Assembly (NCBI GenBank): GCA_963727625.1
Contig: CAVSHR010000011.1
Location: 320,001-384,000, forward strand
Direction: 5' to 3'
Origin: an uncultured delta proteobacterium
Lineage (GTDB): Bacteria > Desulfobacterota > Binatia > UBA9968
Length of the DNA: 64,000 bases
Made by a program: the position numbers and the translations under genes. Shown one piece after another: positions 1 through 8,827 of this stretch. Within the stretch, counting starts at the first letter, position 1; each line of letters begins with the position of its first letter. Below the pieces are notes generated by a model. That model worked only from the letters and a program-made list of their open reading frames with translations, was not told the origin of the DNA and did no database searches.

Positions 1-75
1 ATTTTGGAGCTTTCCATAGGAGATGCAGATTCCTGAGGCATCGGTTACGTCCTCCCAAGGGATGGTTCGGTGGTT

Positions 76-870
76 TTAGAAGCGCTTGAAATTCGAGATC
101 TCCTGAAACATGGATGCCTCGAACTTGTTTTTAAGCAAGCCGTCGTCGATTTCTTTGCCGATGAGGCTGATCAGGTCGTCGAGCTTTTCTTCCGGCAGGC
201 TGTCCGGTGATTCGCCGAGGGCTTCGATCTGATCGCGCAGTACCAGCGGCGCCATCGGACCGATCACTTCGGTCAAAATGTCGCTGACGCGATTGAGCAG
301 CGCGGCGGGCACCAGGTCGGCGGTTGGTCTGGCCACCTGAGCGGCGCATTCAACCAACCCTTCCTTGTGCAGGTTGTAAATGACCTTCGCGGTGTAGGCG
401 AAGGGGATGCGCAACAGCTCGGCGACTTCCTGCACCGTGCGCTTGCCGTCGAGTTTGGTTAAAACCCTCCAGCCGACGTTGGGCACGGTCACCGGGCCGG
501 CGTGCTCTTCGCTCAATTCGGCGATCTTGAACACTGCCTTGCCGCTCGGAATCACTTCGAGAATGGTTTCCCACTCGCGGGTCATGGTCTTTACTTCGGC
601 AAGAATTTCTTCGGCCGGCCTGCTTACCGTGGCGGCGGGCGGAGCGCCGTTGGGCTGAAGATCGAAGCTCCCTTCGCCCCAAGTCACGGGGTAGAGTAAT
701 GCCTTCTCGCCGTCGCCGATCGGGCAGGTGGCATGGACGATCTCGCCGTCGGTGAGATAGACTTCGACGAATTCCTTGCCGCGAGTGAGCTTTAGCACAC
801 CGGATTTCTTTCCGCTTGTGACCAGCAAGAAAAGATCGGTCAGGCTGATATGCGAAAGGTTGCCTTGCAT
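76..870 (-). CDS. DUF4388 (PatA_N-like) domain protein with winged-helix and C-terminal helical domain
   Basis: N-terminus MQGNLSHISLTDLFLLVTSGKKSGVLKL...GEIVHA...W.EGSF matches the DUF4388 pattern. The middle (WRVLTKLDGKRTVQEVAELL...LHKEGLVE) is wHTH-like. Confidence 0.8.
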   Translation of the reverse strand: MQGNLSHISLTDLFLLVTSGKKSGVLKLTRGKEFVEVYLTDGEIVHATCPIGDGEKALLYPVTWGEGSFDLQPNGAPPAATVSRPAEEILAEVKTMTREWETILEVIPSGKAVFKIAELSEEHAGPVTVPNVGWRVLTKLDGKRTVQEVAELLRIPFAYTAKVIYNLHKEGLVECAAQVARPTADLVPAALLNRVSDILTEVIGPMAPLVLRDQIEALGESPDSLPEEKLDDLISLIGKEIDDGLLKNKFEASMFQEISNFKRF

Positions 871-894
871 AGAATCGGCGTGCTGGAAAATGTT

Positions 895-1221
895 TTAACG
901 GTCTTCCGTCGCGCGTCGCGGCTCTTTGCCGGTTTGCGCTTTCCTCGCCAGATCGGCGAGGTCGTCGTGTCCGTTCAAAGTGACTTTGAGGGCCTTGATC
1001 ACCGCCAGGCTTTTGCTGATGCCGACCATCTGTTCCAAGGTCGATTTGATCTGGCTCTGCAACAGATCCACTTCTTCGGTGGAAATCCCCTGCAGTTGGG
1101 CTTGCAGCTCGTCGTAGAGCCGGGTGATGCTGTCGATCTGCCCAAGGGACTCGGTTTTTTGGGTGATGTCCTCGTACAGGCGGGAAATGTCTTCGGTTAA
1201 ATTCTGCAATTCGTTTTTCAT
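895..1221 (-). CDS. hypothetical coiled-coil protein
   Basis: 108-aa ORF with heptad L/I/E/Q pattern, GGAG RBS and tight operonic spacing. Confidence 0.75.
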   Translation of the reverse strand: MKNELQNLTEDISRLYEDITQKTESLGQIDSITRLYDELQAQLQGISTEEVDLLQSQIKSTLEQMVGISKSLAVIKALKVTLNGHDDLADLARKAQTGKEPRRATEDR

Positions 1222-1235
1222 TTTAATCTCCAGTT

Positions 1236-2489
1236 CTATGGATTCTTTTCTTTGATTACCTCTGGCTTAAGATTGGTCGGCGTATCGCTCGTCGCCTGTG
1301 CCGGAGCAAGGCTCTCAGCGGCGACCGGCATGCGCGGCGGCGGGCTTTTGAACAGATAAAATGCGCCCAACACCAAGCCCAAAACAATAAACGCGGCAAT
1401 CGCCGCGATTTTATTGAATTTCGACGGTTTAGTGTGCGAATAGAGATCGTTTTCGCCGTAGTCCTTGATGATGCTTTTCAACTGGCGGTCGAGTTCGCCG
1501 CGATTCTTGATACTCGGAACAAAGGTTTCGACGGCGGTTTGATGATCCTCTGCTATTTCCGGTGGCGGCAGCGCCAGGGGCTTCTCGGCATCGTTGTTCA
1601 CGGCGACCAGAGCGACGCTTGCGATGGCCGGCAATCGTTCGATCGAGTTTGTTTGCGCGGCAATTGCCGTGGCGTCTTTGGGCGTCGGTTCAATGGGCTT
1701 GGACGGCTGATTTGAAACGACGAATTCGCCGTAGGTGTCGATCAGGTCGTTTAACAGCCGCTCGTCGAACTGGTTCTTGTTTGGCGCGGTCTTTTGCTGG
1801 TTTGGGTTGGCGTCGCGGTTGCCGGTAGGTTCTGCTTTCGGTGCAGCGGTTGCCTCGCGTCGCGGCGCCGCGCCTGCCTCGGGGGCGAGCGAAAGATCGG
1901 GAGCAAGCACCACGTCATCGGCCGGCGTCGTGTTGTTGACCCGGATTTGCGGCGCCGGCGCTTCTCCTCCCCGTAGTTCGGCACCCACGCTCGGCTGCGG
2001 GACCGACGCCGTGCAGGATTGCCCAGCGGTATCGCAAACAGGCCCGATCGAAGGGGGGGCTTGCAGGGGTGCACCGAAATCGCTTGAAATGGATTGCGCG
2101 CCGGTGCGAACGGCCTGCAGCAACAGATACATGCGGATCAGCTTGCCGGCCTGGATGATAGCTTGTAACTTGGGATGATTGTCGAGGCGGTTCGGAGCGA
2201 TTAGATCAAAATCTGCTTGGGGAATCTCGCCGACGAATCGATTTATGTCGGCAACCGACGCCCGCAGTTTTTCGACGAGAGTCAATTGTGCTTGAGAGGC
2301 TTTTAGCTGTTGAATCAGCGCGCGGGTTTTCTGTTCGGCCCGGTTTGCGTCTTCCAGGGAACAATCATCGAGGCGCTGTTGCAACCCATGGACCGAGCTG
2401 AGCACCTTGCCAAAGCCGTTGGCCTTTGGCGGACGCGAATTTTCCGTCCCGGGCTGGGCGGGTGTGACTTGTTTTTGGGCCGGCTCCAT
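1236..2489 (-). CDS. hypothetical membrane-anchored protein (N-terminal coiled coil, Pro/Ala linker, C-terminal TM helix)
   Basis: 417-aa ORF with TM segment IAAIAAFIVLGLVLGAFYLF and two similar motifs (FDERLLNDLIDTYGEF, LDRQLKSIIKDYGEND). Confidence 0.75.
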   Translation of the reverse strand: MEPAQKQVTPAQPGTENSRPPKANGFGKVLSSVHGLQQRLDDCSLEDANRAEQKTRALIQQLKASQAQLTLVEKLRASVADINRFVGEIPQADFDLIAPNRLDNHPKLQAIIQAGKLIRMYLLLQAVRTGAQSISSDFGAPLQAPPSIGPVCDTAGQSCTASVPQPSVGAELRGGEAPAPQIRVNNTTPADDVVLAPDLSLAPEAGAAPRREATAAPKAEPTGNRDANPNQQKTAPNKNQFDERLLNDLIDTYGEFVVSNQPSKPIEPTPKDATAIAAQTNSIERLPAIASVALVAVNNDAEKPLALPPPEIAEDHQTAVETFVPSIKNRGELDRQLKSIIKDYGENDLYSHTKPSKFNKIAAIAAFIVLGLVLGAFYLFKSPPPRMPVAAESLAPAQATSDTPTNLKPEVIKEKNP

Positions 2490-2549
2490 CTGCTACGTCG
2501 CCTCTGATCCGAACCTTTCCGATGGGCATGGAAGACGCGATATTAACTA

Positions 2550-2565
2550 AGCAAAATGGTTGCCA
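2550..2565 (-). promoter_or_regulatory. sigma-54 (-24/-12) promoter
   Basis: Minus strand reads TGGCAACCATTTTGCT (GG-N10-GC), about 60 bp upstream of the ORF starting at 2489. Confidence 0.7.
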
Positions 2566-2653
2566 GGAATACCTTTGTGGAAAGCCAAGTAATTTCGGTG
2601 CCCTGAGGGGAAGTTTGTCCTTAAATTGTGAGCTCTTGCCACAAATCCTGTTC

Positions 2654-2677
2654 GCCACGAACAAAAATGTACGTGGC
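2654..2677. promoter_or_regulatory. palindromic candidate enhancer (bEBP-binding site)
   Basis: GCCACGAACA-AAAA-TGTACGTGGC, a 9/10 inverted repeat about 90-110 bp upstream of the sigma-54 promoter. Confidence 0.45.
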
Positions 2678-2729
2678 CAAAAAGCGCTATGTTTCTGGTT
2701 TTTCTAAAGAAATGAACCGCGGACCAGTA

Positions 2730-2873
2730 GATGACCGACGCCGGACGACTGACTACCGACGATGGACGCTGCTCGCAATGTCGGCTGACGGGAGACCGAT
2801 GACCGGGGACCGATGCACTCTGCTCTTTGCGCCATGCCCTATGCTCTTTCCAAACTGCCTGCTGCCCCTTGCG
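2730..2873. repeat. degenerate heptamer tandem repeats
   Basis: GATGACC GACGCCG GACGACT GACTACC GACGATG, followed by TGCACTC TGCTCTT TGCGCCA TGCCCTA TGCTCTT. Confidence 0.6.
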
Positions 2874-2884
2874 TGAAAACTTCC

Positions 2885-3676
2885 TTAACGCGGGGTGAGG
2901 CTCAGCAGCTTTTTTACCGGATCCACCGAGACCTGGAAGCGACCGAGAAAATCCATGCCGAGCAGCCCCTCGAAAGTCGGATTGCCGACGGGGTCGTGTA
3001 TCGAAACGGCCATATCGCCAACCTCGGCGTCGCCGACCTTCACTGAGTCTATGCGGGCGACCCGGGTGCGCACGGTTCCGCCGATACCCCTAAGATACTT
3101 CGATCCGATGTAGGGGATGCGCAGGCTAGCGGCTACTTTCCCAGTGATGATGGTCATTCCCGCGCCGGTATCAAGCACTAGGTTGGCGGTCAGCGAACCA
3201 TTGAAGGTTACCGGCACGATGACAGATCGACCGCTGAAGTTAATCGGTACGATGACCGTGCCGCGGGGCGCGGCGGAAGCAGGGCCGGTCGGAATATCGA
3301 CGGCGATTCCGCTCGGCTCGGCCGGCAGATTACGGAAGAATTTAGCTGCTTTGTTAGCTTGGTCCCCGTTGTCTTGTTTAATCCAGCCGACAATACCGCT
3401 CTGGCTTTTCACAAGATACCATTTGACACCGCCCGCGCCTTGGCTCTCGGCGATCGGCGTAACGTTCTCGCCGGCGGGCAGCATTCCAAGCGAAGGAGCG
3501 GCTTGGTCCGCAGCGGCGTAAATTTTAAGCTCAGAGGAGTGCGACGATTGACGATCTGGCGGTTCGCTCTGTGCGGATGGGAGAGAAGAGAGGAGTAAGA
3601 CAAGCGCAAATAGACTGATCGCAGGCTTGACCGCGGCGCCATGACCGCCGCCGAGCGGCTTAGATTGCCAGGGCAA
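2885..3676 (-). CDS. secreted retropepsin-like aspartic protease with N-terminal SH3-like domain (start uncertain)
   Basis: LVLDTGA catalytic motif, GLLGMDFL C-terminal motif, hydrophobic signal ISLFALVLLLSSL and SH3-like WYLVKSQSGIVGWI. The longer ORF start overlaps the upstream gene. Confidence 0.8.
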   Translation of the reverse strand: MPWQSKPLGGGHGAAVKPAISLFALVLLLSSLPSAQSEPPDRQSSHSSELKIYAAADQAAPSLGMLPAGENVTPIAESQGAGGVKWYLVKSQSGIVGWIKQDNGDQANKAAKFFRNLPAEPSGIAVDIPTGPASAAPRGTVIVPINFSGRSVIVPVTFNGSLTANLVLDTGAGMTIITGKVAASLRIPYIGSKYLRGIGGTVRTRVARIDSVKVGDAEVGDMAVSIHDPVGNPTFEGLLGMDFLGRFQVSVDPVKKLLSLTPR

Positions 3677-4940
3677 ATTTTTCCAGTTTGCGGTAAAGCG
3701 TGCGCGTCGAAATGCCCAGCGCCTCCGCGGCCTTTGCTTTGTTTCCATTGGTCTGTCGAAGCGCCTCCTCGATGACGCTGCGCTCGCCCTCTTCGATATT
3801 GCGGATCGCGTTGCCGCCGATCTCTTCGCGGCGCCCGGTCGCATAATGCTGCAGATTCATCGCCAGATCGCTGATGGCAATATAATCGCTGTCGGAAACC
3901 ATCACGGCGCTTTCGATCACGCTTTTAAGCTCCCGGATGTTGCCCGGCCACGGATAGTCGAGAAACAGTGCTTTGGTCGAGCCGGTGAGTTTTTTAAGCG
4001 GCTTTTGGAATTGATTGCACGCCTGGTAGACGAAATTGGCGATCAACAAGATCATGTCTTCCCGGCGGTCCCGGAGCGGCGGCAGGATGATGCGCGCGCT
4101 GTTCAAGCGAAAATAAAGGTCTTTGCGAAAGCCGGTGCCCTGAATCGCCTCCTCCAACTCCTTGTTGGTCGCGGCGATGATCCGCACATCACAGGTCTTG
4201 GGCGATGATTCACCGACTCGATAATATTGGCGCGTCTCGAGGAAGCGCAGCAGCTTGAGCTGGATCGACGGAGCTAGGTCGCCGATCTCATCCAGGAAGA
4301 GCGTGCCGCCTTCGGCGGCTTCGACGAAGCCTTTTTTGTTGCGGTCGGCGCCGGTAAAAGCGCCCTTCACGTAGCCGAAGAGCTCGCTTTCGACCAACGT
4401 CTCGGGAATCGCCGTCAGGTTGCACCCGACAAAAGGCTTATCGGCGCGCGGACCGCGGGCGTGGACGTATTGCGCCATGATTTCCTTGCCGGTGCCCGTT
4501 TCGCCGGTAATGAGCACGGTAATATCGTGCATGGCGTAACGATTGGCGAGGTTGACGACCTCGTAGAACTGGGGTGTGTCGCCGATCATCACCGGCGCTT
4601 TGACGACATGCGGGTTTTGACTATCCGCCGGGGTATTGTTGGCCTGGCCGAACAGGCCGTAGAGTCCCTGAAGGTCTAGCGGGTCGTAGCAAATCAGTGC
4701 CAGGTGCGCCGACTTCTGTCGCAACCGGTCGGTAAAATTGTTCCAACCGGCGCCGTTGCAGGCCGTAAGGTCGGCAAAGATATACTTTTGTTGCTCGATC
4801 GGAAACGCCGCAAGCACTCGTTCGGCTTCCTCGACCGAGCGGCTCACGTGGACCGAACAATCGCGCGACTCAACGAGTTTGGAGATGCCGTTTAGCGGGG
4901 CATCGGTCGGGTGAATGATCAGCGCTAACGGTTTTACCAT
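3660..4940 (-). CDS. sigma-54-dependent transcriptional activator (bEBP, Fis-type HTH, atypical N-terminal domain)
   Basis: GETGTGKE, ESELFGYVKGAFTGA, GGTLFLDEIG, WPGNIREL, and C-terminal GNKAKAAEALGISTRTLYRKL. Confidence 0.95.
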   Translation of the reverse strand: MVKPLALIIHPTDAPLNGISKLVESRDCSVHVSRSVEEAERVLAAFPIEQQKYIFADLTACNGAGWNNFTDRLRQKSAHLALICYDPLDLQGLYGLFGQANNTPADSQNPHVVKAPVMIGDTPQFYEVVNLANRYAMHDITVLITGETGTGKEIMAQYVHARGPRADKPFVGCNLTAIPETLVESELFGYVKGAFTGADRNKKGFVEAAEGGTLFLDEIGDLAPSIQLKLLRFLETRQYYRVGESSPKTCDVRIIAATNKELEEAIQGTGFRKDLYFRLNSARIILPPLRDRREDMILLIANFVYQACNQFQKPLKKLTGSTKALFLDYPWPGNIRELKSVIESAVMVSDSDYIAISDLAMNLQHYATGRREEIGGNAIRNIEEGERSVIEEALRQTNGNKAKAAEALGISTRTLYRKLEKFALAI

Positions 4941-4944
4941 CCGA

Positions 4945-6396
4945 TTACTCTTGGGCCGGCGTATTGGGGATGATCACCATGTTCTCGAGCGAGTCGGCGA
5001 GAAGCTGGCGACTGATCCGGGGCGCCGTGCCAAGATAATTACATGCCGCGATCACATGTTCAGCGATAAATTTCGGGTGAAAGCCCGCGAAGGGGATTTT
5101 GTGCTTAAGGTAAAACGTGTTGAGCAAGTAAGCCATGATTTCTTCGGAAAATTCAAGCCCGTAGGAATCGCAAATGCGTTGGAAGATCTCCTTGAACTCA
5201 TCCACCGTCGGCGGATTAATTTTCATTTTGTAATGGACGCGTCTTAGCTGAGCGGGGTCCATCAACTCTTCCGGCGGAAAGTTCGTCGCGAATATGACCA
5301 GTTGATCGAACAACACCGAAAACTTTTTACCGGTATGAAGCGTGAGATAATCGAGCTTACGCTCGAGGGGGAAGATCCAGCGATTCAAAAGCTCGTGCGG
5401 CCGCACCCGCTGGCGACCAAAATCGTCGATGACGAAAACCCCGCCGATCGCTTTCATCTGCAATGGCGCCTCATAGTATTTCGAATGCGGGTCGAAATCG
5501 AGATCGAGCATTTCCAAGGTGAGTTCGCCGCCGGTAATCACGTAGGGACGTTTGCAACGCACCCAGCGGGGATCATGTTCCAAATGCGGCAAAAACATCG
5601 GGTTGGAATCGCCGTTGGCGCCGTTCCCAGTGGGGAAATCGGTGTGGACCGAGGGGTCGTAAACCTTTATGACCTGGCCGTCGGCTTCGATGGCGTAGGG
5701 CACGTAAACTGGCTGTTCGAAGGCGCTGACGAGAGCCTCGGCGATGGAGGTTTTTCCGTTGCCGGCGGAACCGTAAATCAGAATGGCGCGGCCGGAATTG
5801 GACGCCGGCCCGAGGCGGCGCACGACTTCCTCTGAAAGAACCAGATGAGTCATGGCCTTCTTGAGCTTTTCAATGCTGATGACTTCATTGGTGATCGTCT
5901 GCTTCTGAACTTGCAATTGGTAATTTTCCAGCGGGACCGGAATCGGGCCGATATACTCGCACCGGCGCAGCGCTTCGCTAGCTCTTTCTTTGCCCGCGTT
6001 GGTCAGCGCATAGCGCATGATATTGTAGTTTTTTTCCGATGGACCGCGAACTTCAACGAGCGCGTCTTTCTTGGCGAAGTTTAACAGGTCCTCGACCACC
6101 GGGCGGGTGAGCTTGATTTGCTCGGACAGCTCCGGAATGGTCTGCAGCTGCGAGATGTACATGGTGCGCAGCAGGCTATTGAGCAAGAAATTGGTGTCGA
6201 GACCGGTTTGTTCCACGGTCTTGGGGACTAGCGGCGGCTCTTGGAGAACCGCCTCGAGGTTGCCGCGGCTGATATAGCCGAGCGCGACGAGGTTATCGCC
6301 GATCCGGCCGCCGGCAATTTTCTGCTGATGGACAACCTTGCCGAGTTGCTCTTCGGTAATGATGCCCTTTGTTAATAGAAGTTCGCCGATCGCCAT
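4945..6396 (-). CDS. AAA+ ATPase with N-terminal MshEN-like (c-di-GMP-binding) domain
   Basis: Tandem motif IGELLLTKGIITEEQLGKVVHQQ-KIAGG-RIGDNLVALGYISRGNLEAVLQE; Walker A GSAGNGKT; Walker B VFVIDDFGRQ; sensor/arginine region IFATN...LRR. Confidence 0.85.
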   Translation of the reverse strand: MAIGELLLTKGIITEEQLGKVVHQQKIAGGRIGDNLVALGYISRGNLEAVLQEPPLVPKTVEQTGLDTNFLLNSLLRTMYISQLQTIPELSEQIKLTRPVVEDLLNFAKKDALVEVRGPSEKNYNIMRYALTNAGKERASEALRRCEYIGPIPVPLENYQLQVQKQTITNEVISIEKLKKAMTHLVLSEEVVRRLGPASNSGRAILIYGSAGNGKTSIAEALVSAFEQPVYVPYAIEADGQVIKVYDPSVHTDFPTGNGANGDSNPMFLPHLEHDPRWVRCKRPYVITGGELTLEMLDLDFDPHSKYYEAPLQMKAIGGVFVIDDFGRQRVRPHELLNRWIFPLERKLDYLTLHTGKKFSVLFDQLVIFATNFPPEELMDPAQLRRVHYKMKINPPTVDEFKEIFQRICDSYGLEFSEEIMAYLLNTFYLKHKIPFAGFHPKFIAEHVIAACNYLGTAPRISRQLLADSLENMVIIPNTPAQE

Positions 6397-6558
6397 AGGG
6401 GTTACCCGCCGCCGAGGGGTAAAAAATTAGTTGTGTTTACCACCGGCAGCATCTATATTCTTGGTATAATCCTCAAAAACCTGTTTCATTATAAGTGATC
6501 GCGGCAACGTGTCAAGAAAACTTCCAGGGCGCGCAATTGTAGCTGGAAGGGGAGACTC

Positions 6559-8724
6559 ATGATCTTCAGGCGATTTTCTAAGTTTGCTTTAATCTTAATA
6601 GCTTGGCTGGGAAGCAGCTGCGCGTTACTCGACGATGGCGCCCAGAAAAAGCCGCCGCCGACCGGACTTGTGACCACGCCGGTCTCCTATTACAGCACTC
6701 CTAAAGCGCGCTATCTCGGAACCAGATATAAAGAAAATCTTGAACGGCTGGCAATGCGCATTGTGCGGGACCCTAAGACCGCCTCGCTGCAATTTGCCAA
6801 CAATATCTCGTCGGTCGGCGGTATCGGTTTTTTCACTCACTCGGCCACCGAGACGCCCGACGAACGCTATCTGGAGGTTGTGCTGGCGACTCCCGAAACT
6901 TTCGAAACCAAAGGCAATTATAGTGAAAAGGTCGCCCGGATTTTTGCTCGCTATGGACCGGAGCTGCTCAGCATGCTCGGCGGTGATAAGGAAATTTATC
7001 AGGACGAGGAGTTGAGCGGTTATGGTCTGAATCTGGCGTGGCGCAATGCCATCGCGCAGGGCACTGCCAGCCGTATCGGCATGGCGCGGGCCGTCATCTA
7101 TTTTCATAAGGAGAGAGTTTTAAAATTCTTACGGCAAGAGATCAATGCCGACGATCTCCTGGCCAACGCGGTGATTTTCGCCGTCGAAGACGACGGGCCG
7201 CTGCAATTGGTTTCCTATCAACCGCACCCGACCAAGCCGGACTATCGCCCGCCGATCCGCGAGGACAATCTGGCAGCCGGAACGTTTGGTTCTAAGCTAC
7301 CGCAGGCTGGAGATTCCGGCGGGCCTGTGACGGCAACGAAGCCCAAAGCGAAACGAAATATCGAGGACGCCAAGCAAGACCCGACCGTGGTGAAAGAGCA
7401 AATACAGAGCGCGAGAACTGACAAGTCGAATGACCCAGAATCCAGAGCGGCAGCAAGGGTCCCGCCGGCCGCTTCAAGCGATCAGAAAATACTCCAGCGC
7501 CCGGCCGAATCCGACGCTAAAACGGCTTCACCGCCGCTTGCGAGTCGAGACGATGCCAATTCCGAAAGGCTCTCGCTTCGCCGGAGCACTGAACCCGTCT
7601 CGCCGCCGCTGCCTTTAGCGACAACTCCGTCAGTGGTTGCATTGACTGCCCCGACTGCGGCGGTCAAGACCGAGAATGAAACTAAGCGGAATGTTCCCGC
7701 CACAACGGCTGCGTCAAAGAATCCGGTGACATCAAAAAATCAGATCTCGCAAAATGACAGAGAAGATAAAACTCGGGCGACGGAGTCCGCAATAGCGGCA
7801 CCGAAGCCGGCGGTCGTGGCAGAATCACAAAAAACCTCGTCAGCGGTTGCGCCGTCGTTGATCGCCAGATCGCCGATTTCACCGGCCGTCGCTGAAAAGG
7901 CGGTCGCCACCCCGGCAGCCGTGGCGAATCTGCAAGGCCATGCGGTTGCTATTGAGCGCCCCGGTGCAGCGAATCTGGAAGCAACTCGTCCTGCCTTGCC
8001 AGTGGAAAAAGCGCCGCCGATGCCGATTCCGAGGTTAAAACCGCGAGCCTCCGCGCCGCTGACGCCGGCGTTAAACCGGATACCGGAGGAAATAGAAAGA
8101 ACCGATAGTCTGGGTCGTACCAAGGCGCCAGTGCCGGCAGCGACGGCAAAAACAACCGTGGAGCGACCAGCGCCAGAAGCGGCAAAATTCTCGCGAGCCG
8201 AAAAGACCGAGATGGGCGCAGCGCTTCGGTCCGCCGCCAAATCGCCCGAACCGGTGTCATTGCGGAAGCCGGCGAAAGCTCCGCCCGCTGCTAGCGTCGC
8301 CAAAATCGAGGCAGCCTCAATCAACCCGGTGGTACCTGGGGCATCGGCACCGGTGCGGGAAAAAATAGTTGAGAAGCCCGCGCCCGAACGGCTGGCCTCA
8401 CTCAAGAAGCCCGATGAAGCCATGGTCGCGAAAAAGCCGTTGGTGCGGTCGGCGCCGAAGCCCTTGGAGGGGTTTATCATTCAAATTGCCTTTAACGACA
8501 AGGAAAAGGCGCAGAGCTGGGCGGAAAAAATGGAGCGGCGCGGCTATGCCGTCTCGGTAACCGAGGCGGGCGCCGAAGGGTCGCTGCGCGTGCGGCTGGG
8601 TAACTTTGCGGTCCGCGATGACGCGGAACGGCAACTAAAGAATCTAAAGCAGGACGGCATGAAAGGCATCATCATCAACTTGCCGCAAGCGTTTCGGCCG
8701 GAGGCACGTTCATCACTGCCGTAG
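6559..8724 (+). CDS. SPOR-domain lipoprotein-like protein
   Basis: Signal with Cys (LIAWLGSSC), a globular N-terminal domain, a long Pro/Ala/Lys linker and a C-terminal SPOR (FIIQIAF...LRVRLGNFAVRDDAERQLKNLK). Confidence 0.8.
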   Translation: MIFRRFSKFALILIAWLGSSCALLDDGAQKKPPPTGLVTTPVSYYSTPKARYLGTRYKENLERLAMRIVRDPKTASLQFANNISSVGGIGFFTHSATETPDERYLEVVLATPETFETKGNYSEKVARIFARYGPELLSMLGGDKEIYQDEELSGYGLNLAWRNAIAQGTASRIGMARAVIYFHKERVLKFLRQEINADDLLANAVIFAVEDDGPLQLVSYQPHPTKPDYRPPIREDNLAAGTFGSKLPQAGDSGGPVTATKPKAKRNIEDAKQDPTVVKEQIQSARTDKSNDPESRAAARVPPAASSDQKILQRPAESDAKTASPPLASRDDANSERLSLRRSTEPVSPPLPLATTPSVVALTAPTAAVKTENETKRNVPATTAASKNPVTSKNQISQNDREDKTRATESAIAAPKPAVVAESQKTSSAVAPSLIARSPISPAVAEKAVATPAAVANLQGHAVAIERPGAANLEATRPALPVEKAPPMPIPRLKPRASAPLTPALNRIPEEIERTDSLGRTKAPVPAATAKTTVERPAPEAAKFSRAEKTEMGAALRSAAKSPEPVSLRKPAKAPPAASVAKIEAASINPVVPGASAPVREKIVEKPAPERLASLKKPDEAMVAKKPLVRSAPKPLEGFIIQIAFNDKEKAQSWAEKMERRGYAVSVTEAGAEGSLRVRLGNFAVRDDAERQLKNLKQDGMKGIIINLPQAFRPEARSSLP

Positions 8725-8827
8725 CAAAGGGGGCAAAGGGCTTGGAGCAAAGCGCATGGAGCATGGAGCAGAGGGCAACCCCGGCCCTTCTCGCTGAGCG
8801 CTTTGCTCTTAGCCCTCTGCGCTTTTG
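8723..8827. repeat. inverted pair of degenerate heptamer arrays
   Basis: GGCAAAG GGCTTGG AGCAAAG CGCATGG AGCATGG AGCAGAG, then complementary-type GCTTTGC TCTTAGC CCTCTGC, between convergent genes. Confidence 0.6.

Noticed and set aside
3677-3844. Arg-rich N-terminal extension of the aspartic protease ORF
   Set aside because: It lies within the bEBP gene in another frame, and the signal-like segment begins only after the bEBP stop.
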